Shown: positions 14,623-28,066, counted from the first letter of the stretch. The stretch: DNA of 64,000 nt from Octopus vulgaris (GCA_951406725.2 OX597816.1:124620001-124684000); one strand, 5' to 3'. The notes: generated from the sequence alone by a model not told the origin. Translations and numbers: made by a program.

Positions 14623-14656
14623 TGTATGTATGTATGTATGTATGTATGTATGTATG
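14427..14656 (+). mobile_element. 3' end of an RTE-like LINE with (GTAT)n tail
   Basis: ICNLCECLSKTMSGLKSLIRRH is a C-terminal zinc-finger-like motif. It is followed by a short 3' UTR hairpin (GGTTGTC...GACAACC) and a (GTAT)n tail. Confidence 0.6.
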
Positions 14657-15849
14657 AACCATGAAAGCGGACATAAACGAATTTGTACTTAGTGAGTTAC
14701 ATATGACTTTTCTCTATAATACAAAAGCCCCCTTTTGGAGGTAAAACTCAAAACCGTCTACACTAAAACCTTGATGCAACCTGTGATTGATTATTTTGCC
14801 TTTCCCCCTTCTATATGACTCACCTTTGTTTATATAACTTGTATATGTCATACTCCCTTACAGAATACGTATAGCAATATATTTTCATTTGAACTATGAT
14901 ACAAAAAACATTTTTTCTGCAAAAGCCTGCGTTTATATTTTTATTTTTTGTACATATACACACATATAATAAAATTGTTCCCCTTGTTGAAAATCTAAAC
15001 TTGTTTCAATGACAGTATATAAGTGCACATGTTGCGCGGGTGTGTGTATTTGTGTAGTGTGTGAGTGTTCGTGAAGTGCGTGTGTAGGTACGTGTGTATG
15101 TATAAATATATATACATATACATACATGCATATATGTGTGTATATGAAGTAAACATAAATATTATATATAAAAGGCTGAGAGAGGGAAGAGTGAATAGGA
15201 AATAATCATATATCTAAAAAACCACGCTGCATTAGAATAATTTACAATTAAAATATTGACATATATTTATTAACCTGGTGTATTGTGTTGAGAGCTAGCT
15301 CACGTGTTCTTTACATACTTTTAGTATGCTGAAAATGTGAGGCAACAGTTTAGTTAGCACACTTGGGGTTTCTTAAGAATTTGAAGAAGAATTATCCCTG
15401 AGAGTCTGATCTAGCCCGTCAAAAGCAGGTCTGAGGGCCTTTGTGGACTGTTTCAAATTATTGAGAACTTTTGAGATTAGTTGTCATACTTGTATCTCTA
15501 TATTGAAAAATATTATGTTTAAAAGCCTAAATACAAGATCAAAAGTTCTTACACATAACAAATGTGTTGTACGCTTCTCTGAATACGCTAGATTAAGTGG
15601 CATTTACTAGTTTAAAAGATTCAAGTAAGGTAGGATCCTTGACGTGATACAGCAATAGGGTGCATATCAAAACATGAAGCTTTACTTCACATTCGGGTGT
15701 GTTTATAAAGACGAAATATTTGAATAGCCATGTTTATGAAAACATCTAGCTACTTTCTTCAACAGTAAATATCTTAGGAAAATAATTTAAAAAAGACAAC
15801 TTTCCATAGTTGAATGATAGTCCTGAACATATAGGTCTTTTCTTGGTGT

Positions 15850-16700
15850 ATCATTACGATCATCACCGTTTCGTGGGTCACAAATTTCAGAATTTTTTAC
15901 ATACCTTTACTCATGTTGATATATCATTTCTTCTGGTAGCCTATAATTCTAATCATGATGATTTGAGTTTGAATCTTTGAATTTGTTTTTCTTTTTAATG
16001 TGTTTGCAAATATACATGGTAGATTTGACTAAACTGTATAATCCAACATTGAGGAGTCCGTTAATAACTTTTGAAAGCAAAGATGGGTACGAAGCTTTCC
16101 GTTGAATAAATATTTTAGCTGTGACTATTCTTGTGTTGCTTGTACTTGTCATTACGTCTCCAACTAGGTTTTCTTTCAGACTGTATATTATCCTATCCGG
16201 ATTTTGGCATAACCAGAAAAAACGGTATGGATATCTCTTGGGATATACGTTACGTCATACAAAACGACTGCCTAGAAGCTCAAAGGGGCAATGAACAATA
16301 TACTTCATAATTTCAACACCTCTGAGAATATCAACTTTATCAGTTTCACGAACATTTCCCTATTCGAAAGCAATATACTAATCTGTAAAGTAGAAAGGAT
16401 AGCGAAATATTTCGAAATTTATCCATCCTATTTTCAAAGATACTAGCATTTGACCAAAGCATCAAAAATTCTTCCAAAGCAATGGCAAGATCCACCAGTC
16501 TCTAGATATCTAAATTATTTATCAAGAGATACTCTGAAGAGAATTTAATTACGTATTGAGGAAAACTCTTGCAATTATAATTTTCCGATACTTAAAATAT
16601 CGGCCAGGAAATGATTTCGTTCCTATTTCATCCCACCTTTGTTTGCTTGTGATGCGAGACGATTAAACGTTTTGGCACATCTAACAGCATTTTATGCGTA
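15850..16700 (-). pseudogene. Highly decayed Penelope-like RT/EN remnant
   Basis: Broken translations IGTKSFP, FRYLE, LEEFLM...NISLSFL and NYEVYCSLPL occur in the order of PLE motifs MGTKxAP, RYVDD, LxxFL...NSLPFL and YLNFxSxHP. Confidence 0.45.
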
Positions 16701-18063
16701 TTCAGTCATGCATCGTTGCTCTTACGTACACAGTGACGCCAAGATGACACTTGATCAAATTTTGCGGATTTCTATCCTTGTTGAAGACATCACTTAGTGC
16801 ATATATGTTTTTAACTTTCAGCTTAAACTGATTTACTCTTTTGAAGTTAAAGCTTTCTGACTCTATTTACATATAAATCTATAATGGAATAATTAAAGAG
16901 TTGGCGGAAGAGATGGTATCGATTTCTGTTTGATTTTACCCATAGGCGTAGATTTTTTTCTTCCCAGTAAACATTTGAAGACTAAACTTCAATTGATATT
17001 TACCTTCCCAAAATATTAAAGCATGTTCTCATGAATCTTATGGACGGCGTGTCGCTAACACTTCACGTTGATGCCGAACAATAGTTTTTGTATGAAACTT
17101 CTTACCAAGCATTAGCATAGCCACCTCTTTGCAAAAATGAGCATTGGGATAGCTTTCAAATTCTCTGGAGAGACTTTTATTTGTATGAATAATAAAATGC
17201 ATGTAAGTTTCATTTACATTTTCAAGAGGATATTTTAATGTACATAACAATTATTAAGTTGATGTAACACGTCGTGATTGCTAGCGACAACCTCCTCTGA
17301 AACACGGAAGAGCAATGGAATGTTGTCTTGTTACCACCACTTGTCACTCATGAGCTATATCCTACAAGTACTTCTGGTAAGCATCTGGATGTGGATAAAG
17401 TTACAAGTACAATGATAAATATGATACAGAAATTTGAACATAGGCATTTATTCTCTTAATCAACTTCGGTAGCTTAATAGTGTATCTTTTCCATTTGAAA
17501 AGGCAGGATATTATTTCATTGTTGTACTTCATTTTAACAATAAAGTGGCACTGGATGCATTGATACATTGATATGAAGTTATAGTCCAACTATTACAATT
17601 CAATAGCACATACGTAGGCTTATTTTGAAGTATTTGCACCGAATTCATACAAGTTACAAATATTTCCTTCATTGTGAAATTAAATTTTTAACCGTTTAAG
17701 CACAAACATTTTATTGCAATAAATATGGTAAGTAAATATTCTTAATGTTTACCAAATTTTTCAAATACTATATATACCCCAGTATGATTATTCAACATTT
17801 ATACTGAACGTAGAAATTAAATATTTCAAAACATTAACTAGCATACATCGAACAAATAACATATACATCTAAATATTTAGGTGATTATTCATATAATCAA
17901 CTGCCATTGAATTCAAGAGTTACTTGATTAGCTATGCAATGTATTCAGGCTGATGATCGATGAACGGATACTATGGATATCAACCATGAATGAAGAAATG
18001 AGCGAATCACCCACTCGAATTATCACTGAGAAATAATAAATGTCGTAGAAATGTAGTGAAAAC

Positions 18064-18064
<1 letters not shown>

Positions 18065-18161
<97 letters not shown>

Positions 18162-18171
18162 GTATCTAAAT

Positions 18172-18222
<51 letters not shown>
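18065..18222. repeat. (TCTA)n plus (TA)n microsatellite
   Basis: Directly visible. Confidence 0.95.
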
Positions 18223-18223
<1 letters not shown>

Positions 18224-18507
18224 CATAACAAAAAACATAGTACATACTGTATCGAAGGATTACAATCTAAAAAAAAATCTTTCCTATACACACACACAGG
18301 GAGTTATATAGGGGATAGACATGCATAGTGTAAACCAGTGGAATATAATTTCGTCAAAGGGAAACGTTTGATCACTAGATCACTGAAAGTACAGGATGAC
18401 TCAAGAAATGTGAGATATTGTGTATACTGTGTCTAAGACGCGGGCCGACTGAACGTCCATTTCGTTCACTATTCACCAGGTGAGCTCGCCCAAGCTTGCG
18501 AGAGAGA

Positions 18508-18548
<41 letters not shown>

Positions 18549-18744
18549 TACATATGATTCTTTTGAATTCTTTATGCATCATAATTTAGTGGTTCAAAAG
18601 TAGAGAATGCTATAGAAGTAAGTGCTACCTTGAAACAAGTACTGGGGCAAACATGATCACTTCCTTCCTATTAGGTGCCATATTCCTGCAGCAGTTTCAG
18701 GAAGAAATTAGAACCAGAATAGGTTTCATGCATGTATTACATAT

Positions 18745-18779
<35 letters not shown>

Positions 18780-18974
18780 TGTTTGTGTGTGTACACAAAT
18801 ATACATAGACACACACATAATCACACTATATATATATATGTATATATATGTATATATATATAATATATACATACAAAATAAACATATATACATATATACA
18901 GGCGTATATATGTATATATACAGACGTATATACATATATACATATATACAAGCGTACATATGTATGTATATACA

Positions 18975-19041
<67 letters not shown>

Positions 19042-19340
19042 AATGATATGTAATTGTAACGTCCAAAGATCTAAGTGTAGGAATTAATAAGCTTCAAGGA
19101 GTCCGTAGTAGGCTTTTTCCATGTTAAAGTTCGTTGATATGAAAACAATTTATCTATAGTTCATGGTTAGCAATTAGGGCTGCTATGAATGCGAATAAAA
19201 ATCCAAATTGCGGGAATGGAGCAGTTAAAATCCAGGCTACATATGTAGATAGCAAACCCCCGAAAGTAATGACTACGCAACAAGTTAACTTGGGATTCCA
19301 ACCTTAATAACCAGTGGAGTGCCCCTCTTTGAATATTTAT

Positions 19341-19380
19341 AAGTTCTGACGATCTGCTAGCTAGGAAACATATGTAACTT
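19341..19380 (+). ncRNA. Minimal type I hammerhead ribozyme-like motif
   Basis: AAGTT-CTGACGA-T-CT(GCTAGCT)AG-GAAA-CATATG-TA-ACTT. Core is canonical, stem III is palindromic, stem II is weak and stem I is bulged. Confidence 0.5.
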
Positions 19381-19452
19381 GGGTATTACCTGCTCTATTC
19401 TCTTAGTTTCGATACACACGCACACATACATATACACACGAACACATATATT

Positions 19453-19516
<64 letters not shown>

Positions 19517-19801
19517 CTTTTACTTTTTTACTTGTTTCAGTCATCTGACTGTGGCCATGGTGGAGCACCGCCTTTTAGTTGAGGAAATCGACCGATGGAC
19601 TTCTTTCTAAACCTGTTGCTTAATCTATCAATCTCTTCTGTCGAACCGCAAATTTATGGGGACATAAACACACCATCTGTAATCAAATGATGGTGGGGGA
19701 CAAACACAGGCACAAACACACATACATACGTACATACATATATACATACATACATACAGACAGACAGACAGACTGACAGACAAACAGACAGACAGACAGA
19801 C

Positions 19802-19866
<65 letters not shown>

Positions 19867-20037
19867 TAGTTATATATACGACGGGCTTCTTTCAGTTTCT
19901 GTCTGCCAAATCCACTCACAAAGCTTTGGTTGGCGCGAAGCCATGGTAGAAGACACTGAAGGTGGCACTCAGTAGTACTGAATAATTGGAACCATATGCT
20001 TGGGAAGTAAACTTCTCCCCGCACAACCACATCTGCG

Positions 20038-20039
<2 letters not shown>
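19517..20039 (-). mobile_element. tRNA-derived SINE (octopus OK-type) with expanded internal microsatellite
   Basis: tRNA-like head at ~19950-20039, conserved block CGACGGGCTTCTTTCAGTTTC...CAAATCCACTCACAA, and internal (CATA)/(CAGA)/(GATA)n. Paralogues at 20093 and 26100. Confidence 0.85.
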
Positions 20040-20092
<53 letters not shown>

Positions 20093-20094
<2 letters not shown>

Positions 20095-20278
20095 TTTTGT
20101 TTGTTTCAGTCATTTGACTGCGGCTATGTTGGAGCACAGTCTTTAATCGAAAGATTCGACCCCAGGACCTATTCTTTGTAAGCCTAGTACTTATTCAATC
20201 GTTCTGTTTTGCCGAAACGCAAAGTTAATGTGACCTAGACACGCCACCATCGGTTGTGAAGTAATGGTTGGGTGATAA

Positions 20279-20319
<41 letters not shown>

Positions 20320-20484
20320 CGACGGGCTTCTTTTACTTTCCGTCTACCAAATCCATTCACAATGTTTTGGTCGGCCCAAGGCTATAGTAGAGGACACTTG
20401 CCCAAGGTGCCACGCAATGGGACAGAACGCGGAACCATGTGGTTGGTAAGAAAACTACTTACCACATAGCCACTCCTGCGCCTA
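20093..20484 (-). mobile_element. tRNA-derived SINE (OK-type), tandem neighbour
   Basis: Minus strand head GGCGCAGGAGTGGCTATGTGGTAAG...GGTTCCGCGTTCTGTCCC; same body as 19517-20039. Confidence 0.9.
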
Positions 20485-20849
20485 ATTCGCTAAAAGGACT
20501 CAATGTCCTTTAAGTGATACTAGTTGTTTCATATTTTGGGAAATGTCTCAAACATATTCATCAAGCGCAAAACACATGTCTTAACGATGGAATACAGTTA
20601 ATAAGAGAAGAAACGCGAAAAAACTGTAAGGTTAGCATATAGAAATAGAGAATTTTTTTAAAAGAACGGAAAACGATAAATGGAAAACAAAAATACAAAA
20701 GTTAAAAAGTAAAAAGTAAGAGGTAAACATTTTAACGATCTTAAATTATAAGGCGGGAAAGATATCAGCAAGTTAATCAGGAATGGGAATTTTCAAATTC
20801 ATCAAAATATATTCATACATATGCTTGCAACCGTTGAACATTTCAGTCC

Positions 20850-21260
20850 TACTACAGATCTGAACAGGATCTGCGCCCTTCAAGCTAAACAAAGCCTACA
20901 TTTATTCGATCCATTAACATAAGTTATGGATTTCTCATTTGTTTTCCACTTAATCAAATGTAGGTTTTGTCATCTTTCCAAGTCCAAACGTAGCTAGCCA
21001 CTTTAGTAGCTTTACTTTTGTCTGTATGCTGGATGGTGGCGAAATGATTGGCATAGTGATTTTTTAATTCTTCTTCACATAATCCATTAGAGGTCTCCCT
21101 ATTTGTTGTATTATTAGTTAGGGTTGTATTGTACACATACATACATACATACATACATACATACATACATACATACATACATACATAATACATACATACA
21201 TAATACATACACGTACGCACACATACACAGTATACTAAGGTTTTATGCAATATACTTTAC
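20850..21260 (-). pseudogene. Penelope GIY-YIG endonuclease remnant split by a microsatellite
   Basis: KTLVY-[(TATG)n]-...TSNGLCEEELKNHYANH...KATKVASYVWTWKD resembles xIVY...YIGLTExxFKxRYANH...STxLSxYIWxLKD. Confidence 0.7.
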
Positions 21261-21529
21261 AAGCCGTTTTCGATAACATGTTCAATTTGGCAATATCTTC
21301 CAATGTTGCTGGCAAGAATATATTATAGAGACACTGTTATAAATGTGAGTCGAGTAAATTCAGTATATTCACCCACCAAATTGTAATAATTTGGATGCAT
21401 TCAATGCATAAGATTCGAGTAGCACTTGTAATATGTAAATATTCTAAACATGCTTTTTGCATACACTCAAATATCACAATTTGGTCTTGTTATTATTCCA
21501 CTACATATATACATGTAGTGGTTTGTGTT

Positions 21530-21532
<3 letters not shown>

Positions 21533-21603
<71 letters not shown>
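21533..21603. repeat. (GT)n microsatellite
   Basis: Directly visible. Confidence 0.95.
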
Positions 21604-21605
<2 letters not shown>

Positions 21606-21794
21606 CACACTGTGGATATCTATGTCTATAGCTATCTGTCTATCCATCTCTCTATCTATCGATTTATCTGTCTATCTATCTATCTATCTATCTATGGTTA
21701 ATTTATCAAGGTTTACCAAAATATTTAAATATTGAATGCTATCTATGTTTACAGGAAAATATAGCATCCGAGAACATATTTAATGATTTAATAA

Positions 21795-24250
21795 TCATAT
21801 CAACGGGGAATATTCATGGTCTTTCTAATACACAATTTACCCATACGCGTAATTGTATTGTATGGGGGTGCTTCTGCTATTACTGACCAAGACAATGAGT
21901 ATTGTATATATTTTAGTTTAAGTTCTTGTATATACAAGGCTAGCATTGCAGAAGATTTAAATCTTGCGTTAGTAAAAGGGGTCAAATGGACCCTATATTT
22001 ACGTTTAAAGTTTACAGTGCCTCCTATATAAATTTTTACTCTCTGTGTAGCAGGAATTTCTACAGAACAGCTATATACTATACTATTAGGTAAACAGGAA
22101 CCGGCTAACGGACACGCCTCCTTTATCTGACAATTACATGTCCCCCCACATCGGTATTAATTTTCCTGTTATTAGAGGTTAAGACACCCTCAACAGTGAG
22201 GGTTTGACCTGGCGTAATGTTTACACTAGAGCTATTGTCAGTTTTGGGGTTATAGAGTTCATTATAAAGATTAGTGTGGGTAGATTTCTTAAATCTGGGT
22301 TTAGATCTATTGATGGAAGCTATGGCCGAACCTAAATTCGGACTTGTTATGTACGACAATAACACAGATGATATATTAAAAATAGAATTATATTTATGAT
22401 TTTTAGGAAAATTTTCATTCATTATCTTAAAAACAATTTGGGTACAGATTTGACGTGAAGAGAAAATGGTGGGGCAAACCATAAAATCTCTCATTTCCTA
22501 GATTTTATCTTTTTGGTCGTATTAGACTGGTTGTGGATATCGGATTATATTTATGTAAATACTATGTTATTAATTCAAGCCTTATTACTAGATCGTGAGC
22601 CAGTTCTTTGGTCTGAAGAATTGTATCAGGGATGTAAAATATTTATTTTTTTAAAACGACTTAACTTTAAGGCTTGGCTTTAATATGGAGCGTGGGTGTT
22701 AAATATTTCCTCGTTCGCCGACAACTTTGAGAATCTAATTGAGATAGCCGTTACCATAACATCGAGGAGTGATCTAAGAGGATTATAAAGAGTTTGATTT
22801 GGTTTTCTATGTGGATAGAATAGATTAGTTTTAAGATGAAGTGTGACGGCTAAAAAATTAGCCATCTTAAGACATATTTTGAACAATATGTTTAAATTAT
22901 AATTTTTAAAGAATTTTATTAAATCTTTCTTAGTGCATTCAATCTCTGGACTGGATAAATTTTTAGTTGCCAAAATAGCATTCTTTATAGAAGCCCCCGG
23001 CGATTTTAGGGAGTTGTTGCTTAATTTTTGAGAGAAGAAATAGTCCCACAAAGTCTGTTCACGAGGATCACATTGTTATATCAAAAAGGTCAGAGTTAGT
23101 ATTACGGGTCCAATTTTTATCATTAAAGGTTATAAGGGTATTTCTAGCAGTCAGGATTAAGTCTATATGAGATGCAGAAATGGATGTACAGTTTTGGACA
23201 AACGCAGTAGTATAGGTGTTATTGAGGCGTAATTATCCCTAATATCACTAGGTAAACCAACTTACGTAGTCTGATCAATAAGCATCCGGACTGTTGACAT
23301 AGTAACGATGCTAAAGCACAAAGAGTAAAGCCGTTTGATACAGATTGACTTTGAAATCTGTTCTGCATGCACAAAAAGTTTTAACGATCTAACTCACTTC
23401 CGCTGTATACAACGGTGCTTGGAAGGAACGTGCGTAGCGTGTGATCGTTGCATTGATCATGACTGAGACAGTGGAGCAGAGAATCTGCTTCAAATTTTGC
23501 CAAGCGCTTGGCGAAACCTTCTCAGAGGCCTGCGCAATGTTTTCAAAAAGGTTTCATCGTTCTCAAAACAATCAAGGAGACCTTGTGCAACTGAAACCCG
23601 GGTGTCTTTTTGGTCAGCGGAAGCAGTTTTGGCACAGAGATTGCACATACTCGTCTCATACTCAAATCTTCGGTGATAATGGACTGATCTGACTGTAACT
23701 AATCTGCACATCCTCTGTTAAGTCACCGATGGTAATTCAACGATTTCCCCTCACAGCTGCACGCACATTTGCGATTTTATTCTCAGTTATGCTGGTTGCG
23801 ATTCTCCAAAGAGTTTTCGTCAATATCGACATTTTTCGGCCATCTTGGAAACGTATGAACCACTCGTACACTTGTGTGCGTCTCATTCATTCCTCTACAC
23901 ACACTTTCTGCAACTTTGCGTAGGCCTCTGAGCTGGTATTGCCATGACAATTTTTTGTCATGGTCAATGCACCGATCGCACGCTACACACCTTCCTTCCA
24001 AGCACTGCTTTAAATAGCAAAAATGAGTTAGAACATTAAAACTTAATATGCATGCATAGCACAGTTCATGGTCAATCTGTGTGAAGCGGCTTTACTCTAC
24101 GTGCGTTAGCTTCTTTACTATGACAACAGTGCGGATACTTATTGATCAGACCTCGTATAAAGACATTTTGTTTATGTTAATAATCTAACACCATATTTTA
24201 AACTGTTTTATTTAGAACTCTGATATTGGTTCGTTGATTTGAGGACGAAG
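21795..24250 (-). mobile_element. Decayed Penelope-like element (RT plus GIY-YIG), interrupted by a mariner derivative
   Basis: Fragments LFDITM, TKKDLIKFFKNYNLNI...NFLAVTLHL...YPHRKPN, WFAPPFS...NFPKNHKYNSIFN...LSY..PNL and LALYIQELK...SWSVIAEAPPYN are characteristic PLE RT, thumb, linker and EN motifs. The part beyond 24157 is weakly supported. Confidence 0.85.
23265..24155. mobile_element. Mariner derivative made of two opposed 5' ends
   Basis: TA|CGTAGTCTGATCAATAAG...CTTATTGATCAGACCTCG|TA. Both arms include the transposase start (MTETVEQRICFKFCQALGET on +; MTK...YAKLQKVC...RVSVAQGLLDCFENDETFL on -). Confidence 0.85.
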
Positions 24251-25210
24251 TAATGTACAATTGAACGAAGAAATGTACCCTCTGAAAAGGGTATGGCAGC
24301 GTACAGTAAATGCGTATGGATGTATAATGAATATAACAAAAGTTTACTGATGAGTAAATACTTTAATATGAGTAAACAACACACGGTTCAATAACCAAAA
24401 TGTTCATACTAAAAATAGTAAAAATTTATGCTGTCGAACCAAAGTATTTCAAATAATCAAACATTTATGCGTGTGAAAAATAGACATAAAAGTAGCAGGA
24501 GTTAGATTCCATTTCAAGTATTTGAAAAAAGAAAGTAGGCAGGTGGGTCTGGTTGTGAATATGTCCCATTTACTGACATAGAGTATGGCATCGCAACGAA
24601 GAGTTCTGTCAGGAAATAATTTCGTGTCTAAAACTTGAAACAAACTTCAAACATAATACGCGCTCCGAAAGCGGAACTTGCCTAAAGCAAATTGCGCCAA
24701 AATTAGTTGGTTATGAATGTGTTTTATTACTAGAAATAAATACATTTTAATGGAACATAAATTTTCTGATTTTTCCTATGGATTTCCTTAAATGAAGTAC
24801 AGTCAAAATATTTAGCAAAGATATTTCTGAATGAATGAGCTTCACAGAAGAATTATATTATTTCAAATTTTAGAACAGATTCTGCCCCAATGTATAGTTC
24901 GATTGTTATGTTGCAGAACAGGAAAACCAGTATGAAATCAAAGAACATAAACACGTATGTGTGGTGCGTGTGTTTGTGTTTGTTTGTTTGCGTGTATGTG
25001 TGTGTCTGTGTGTCTAATGAATATTATACATTAATTCTAGCGTTAAAATGCAGACATCTGACAATGCACGAATGTCAGCTGATCAATGTAAATTGAACAA
25101 TTCAACATCAGCTTCGTTTCATTCCAGTAATCTCCAACCAACTTCTACTATCCATCTTTTTAAAAGCAAAAAAATGAAAAGTAGTTAGGAATTGTGTTGC
25201 AATGCGTTGA

Positions 25211-25242
<32 letters not shown>

Positions 25243-25245
<3 letters not shown>

Positions 25246-25668
25246 TCTTCTCCCACTATTCTATCCTATTACTCTGACACTCTCTCCGTCAATCCTCCTC
25301 ACTTACTCACGTGGCTCCCACGTGACCATCGGCCATCTTTCTTTGTTTCTCTGCGTTATAGCTGGAACAAGGAAAATGTGTTCTTGTTTGTCTACTGTCC
25401 TACCTTGATTTACGCGTACGCCGCCACACCTTATTTAGGCTTAGCAAACCTTCCTGTTTGTTATTACTCTCCTGTTTGTATTACCTATTTTGACTCTCTG
25501 CAAAGTCGCAAATTTTATTTAATTTGCTTTACGGGAGCAACTATGTTATTGAAAGAGTAAATTGTTGTTAAATGCCCGAAATACGAGACTAGAAAACTGA
25601 TGAAGGGTCATTCTTTAAGTTGTTTGTTTTGTTTTTAATTTGTGCCTTTCGTTGTTCCAGATATGCTT
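25243..25668 (+). repeat. Non-coding repeat-like insert between (TA)n arrays, possibly a PLE pseudo-LTR
   Basis: Sharp (TA)n boundaries on both sides. Contains CCCGAAATAC and CTGATGAAGGG, but I cannot fold a convincing hammerhead. Confidence 0.35.
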
Positions 25669-26099
25669 ATATATATATATATGTATATATATATAATGAC
25701 CGGCCCGAGGCTTGCCTAAAGCTCCGTGCTGTTGGACTGAATCCGAAATCACAGTTAAATAGCGAACGTTCTAACCAAGCGGTGAGGCATTGAGACACAT
25801 CTATGCCTGCTCGTATACATTTTTTTCTTCAAACAGATTTTTAATGACTCGGCAATTCTAAACTAGAAAAAGCTTCTACAGTTAAACGATTTTTCCTTTC
25901 TTTCTGTTAGACAGAATTATAAAATCATTTAAAATAAAAATTCAAAATATCCTGTTTATCACACCCTAAGCAAGCGTCTCCTGTTTTAAACATTTTGGCC
26001 ATATATTGAGTGAAATTAACGTATGTTTAAAGTTTCCAAATATTTGTTTTGTGAAACAATAAAATGATAGAAATTCTGTAGAAAAGCAATGAATTGATT

Positions 26100-26502
26100 A
26101 CTCTTTTACTCTTTTACTTGTTTCAGTCATTTGACTGCCGCCATGCTGGAGCACCGTCTTTAGTCGAGAAAATCGACCCCGGGACTTATTCTTTGTAGGC
26201 CCAGTACTTATTCTATCGGTCTCTTTTGCCAAACTGCCAAGTGACGGGGACGTAAACACACCAGCATCGGTTGTCAAGCAATGCTAGGGGGACAAACACA
26301 GACACACAAACACACACACACACATATATATATACATACATATATACGACGGCCTTCTTTCAGTTTCCGTCTGCCAAATCCACTCACAAGGCATTGGTCG
26401 GCCTGGGGCTATAGTAGAATACACTTGCCCAAGGTGCTACGGCAGTGGGACTGAACCCGGAACCATGTGGTTGATTAGCAAGCTACTTACCACACAGTCA
26501 CT
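26100..26502 (-). mobile_element. tRNA-derived SINE (OK-type), well preserved
   Basis: Full body, B box GGTTCAGTCCC on the minus strand, and (CTTTTA)-like tail at ~26100. Confidence 0.9.
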
Positions 26503-26733
26503 TTTTTATGAAAATATAGCTCAAGCGAAAATATTGGAAATTTTTTATAAAATTTTATTCTCCGCCCACCGTTATCTGAATATATAATAATATTATTGTA
26601 ATTGACAGTTAAACAGAATTATTTTTGCTGATAAAATATTTATTGCAAATATACGAACAAAAAATTTGTTTTATTCTTTTAATCTTAATTGTTATTTCCA
26701 AAATTTGATTATTTCTATGAGCTCCGTGAAACT

Positions 26734-27340
26734 TAAAAAGAAATCAAATAATTTTTGTACATATCTAGCATTACTTGACATTAACCACAGTCGCAAAATT
26801 ACATAATACATTCATATACTGGATAATACTCTAATAAGAAAATTCCTTGTCAATTGCTTTGTCATGGGAAAAATCTCACACACTCATGGAGTTAATGTTA
26901 GGTGTTCTAACATTAACAGGAAGTAAAGATGGACGAAATGCTCAAGAAATTCTACCAGAACACCAACCTTCATCATTTGAACTATTAGTAAGAATTTCAT
27001 TGCTAAGATGTATTTCTTAGGGATTAAGCTGTCAGCTTCTGATTGTAAACTGGGAGGCTTGATTCCCGGTCCAGGAATCAAAACTTTGCATCGCAAAACT
27101 CGCAGGTCAATATTTAAAATGAAGTATCTAATTAATTAAACTATAATTAAACAATTAATACTATTTATCAATGAAAGCACCTAACATTAACTCCATATGT
27201 ATATGAGATTTTTCCCATGACCAAGTATTTGACAATGAATTTTCTTATTACAGTGTTATCCAGTATATGAATGTATCATGTAATTATAAGACTGCGGGTA
27301 ACGTCTAGTAATGTACAAAAGTTATTTTATTTCTTTTTGA
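26734..27340. repeat. Long inverted repeat (arms ~170 bp, spacer ~270 bp)
   Basis: 26734-26906 is the diverged reverse complement of 27177-27340 (e.g. ATACATTCATATACTGGATAA; CATGGGAAAAATCTCA; ATGGAGTTAATGTTAGGTG). Confidence 0.85.
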
Positions 27341-27944
27341 ATTCAAATTTCGTTATGTCCGTGAGCGCAGCATGTAATTCCATGCTATTTCGGTTTCCTC
27401 TGTTAAAAAAGAAGTTCCAACCGATAATATGAAACTCGTCAGCTGTCACATCTTCGATCTTCACTGGACCAGGGCGGGAGAACCCAGAGGTTGACTAAGT
27501 TTCCTTGCAAATGCTAAAATATATAGCGGAAGCCAATGTTTAAAACTAATGGAATAGTTTATCCAGTTTGTGCATTATATGTAAAGAAGGTTTTATTCTT
27601 GAAAATTAAACCATTTTATTGAAACACAAGAAATAAAATATTATTCAAGAATGGTAAATCTTATATTAAGCACTTACAGACTAAGTTACGAATGCATGAT
27701 TTTCTAAAGGGAAGACGTAAATTAATTTACACCACTATTCAGTGCTTACAATGTCTAAAATACAACGATATATTCTCGTGCATGCGCACACGCATACATA
27801 CACACAGACAGACATATGATGAATGAGCAATAAAGGGAATTTCTTTTTACGTCACAAGAGCATAAATAAAAAAAACGTTTCCCGTATATATAGTACAACC
27901 TATAACAACAATAGTGAAATTGCATATATCTGCAATAGTTCACC

Positions 27945-27992
27945 CCCACCCCATATTTCAGGCCTTGTACCTTTAGTAGAAAAATTATTATT

Positions 27993-28066
<74 letters not shown>

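Noticed and set aside
17038-17400. Possible small host exons next to GTAAG donor-like sites
   Set aside because: No recognisable protein similarity or consistent exon chain; cannot be supported without RNA-seq or homology.
24342-24380. GTTTA-CTGATGA-GTA...TAAAC hammerhead-like start
   Set aside because: The GAAA core and stem III are absent.
25572-25610. CCCGAAATAC...CTGATGAAGGG as a permuted hammerhead
   Set aside because: No valid stem III/NUH or stem I can be formed in this copy.
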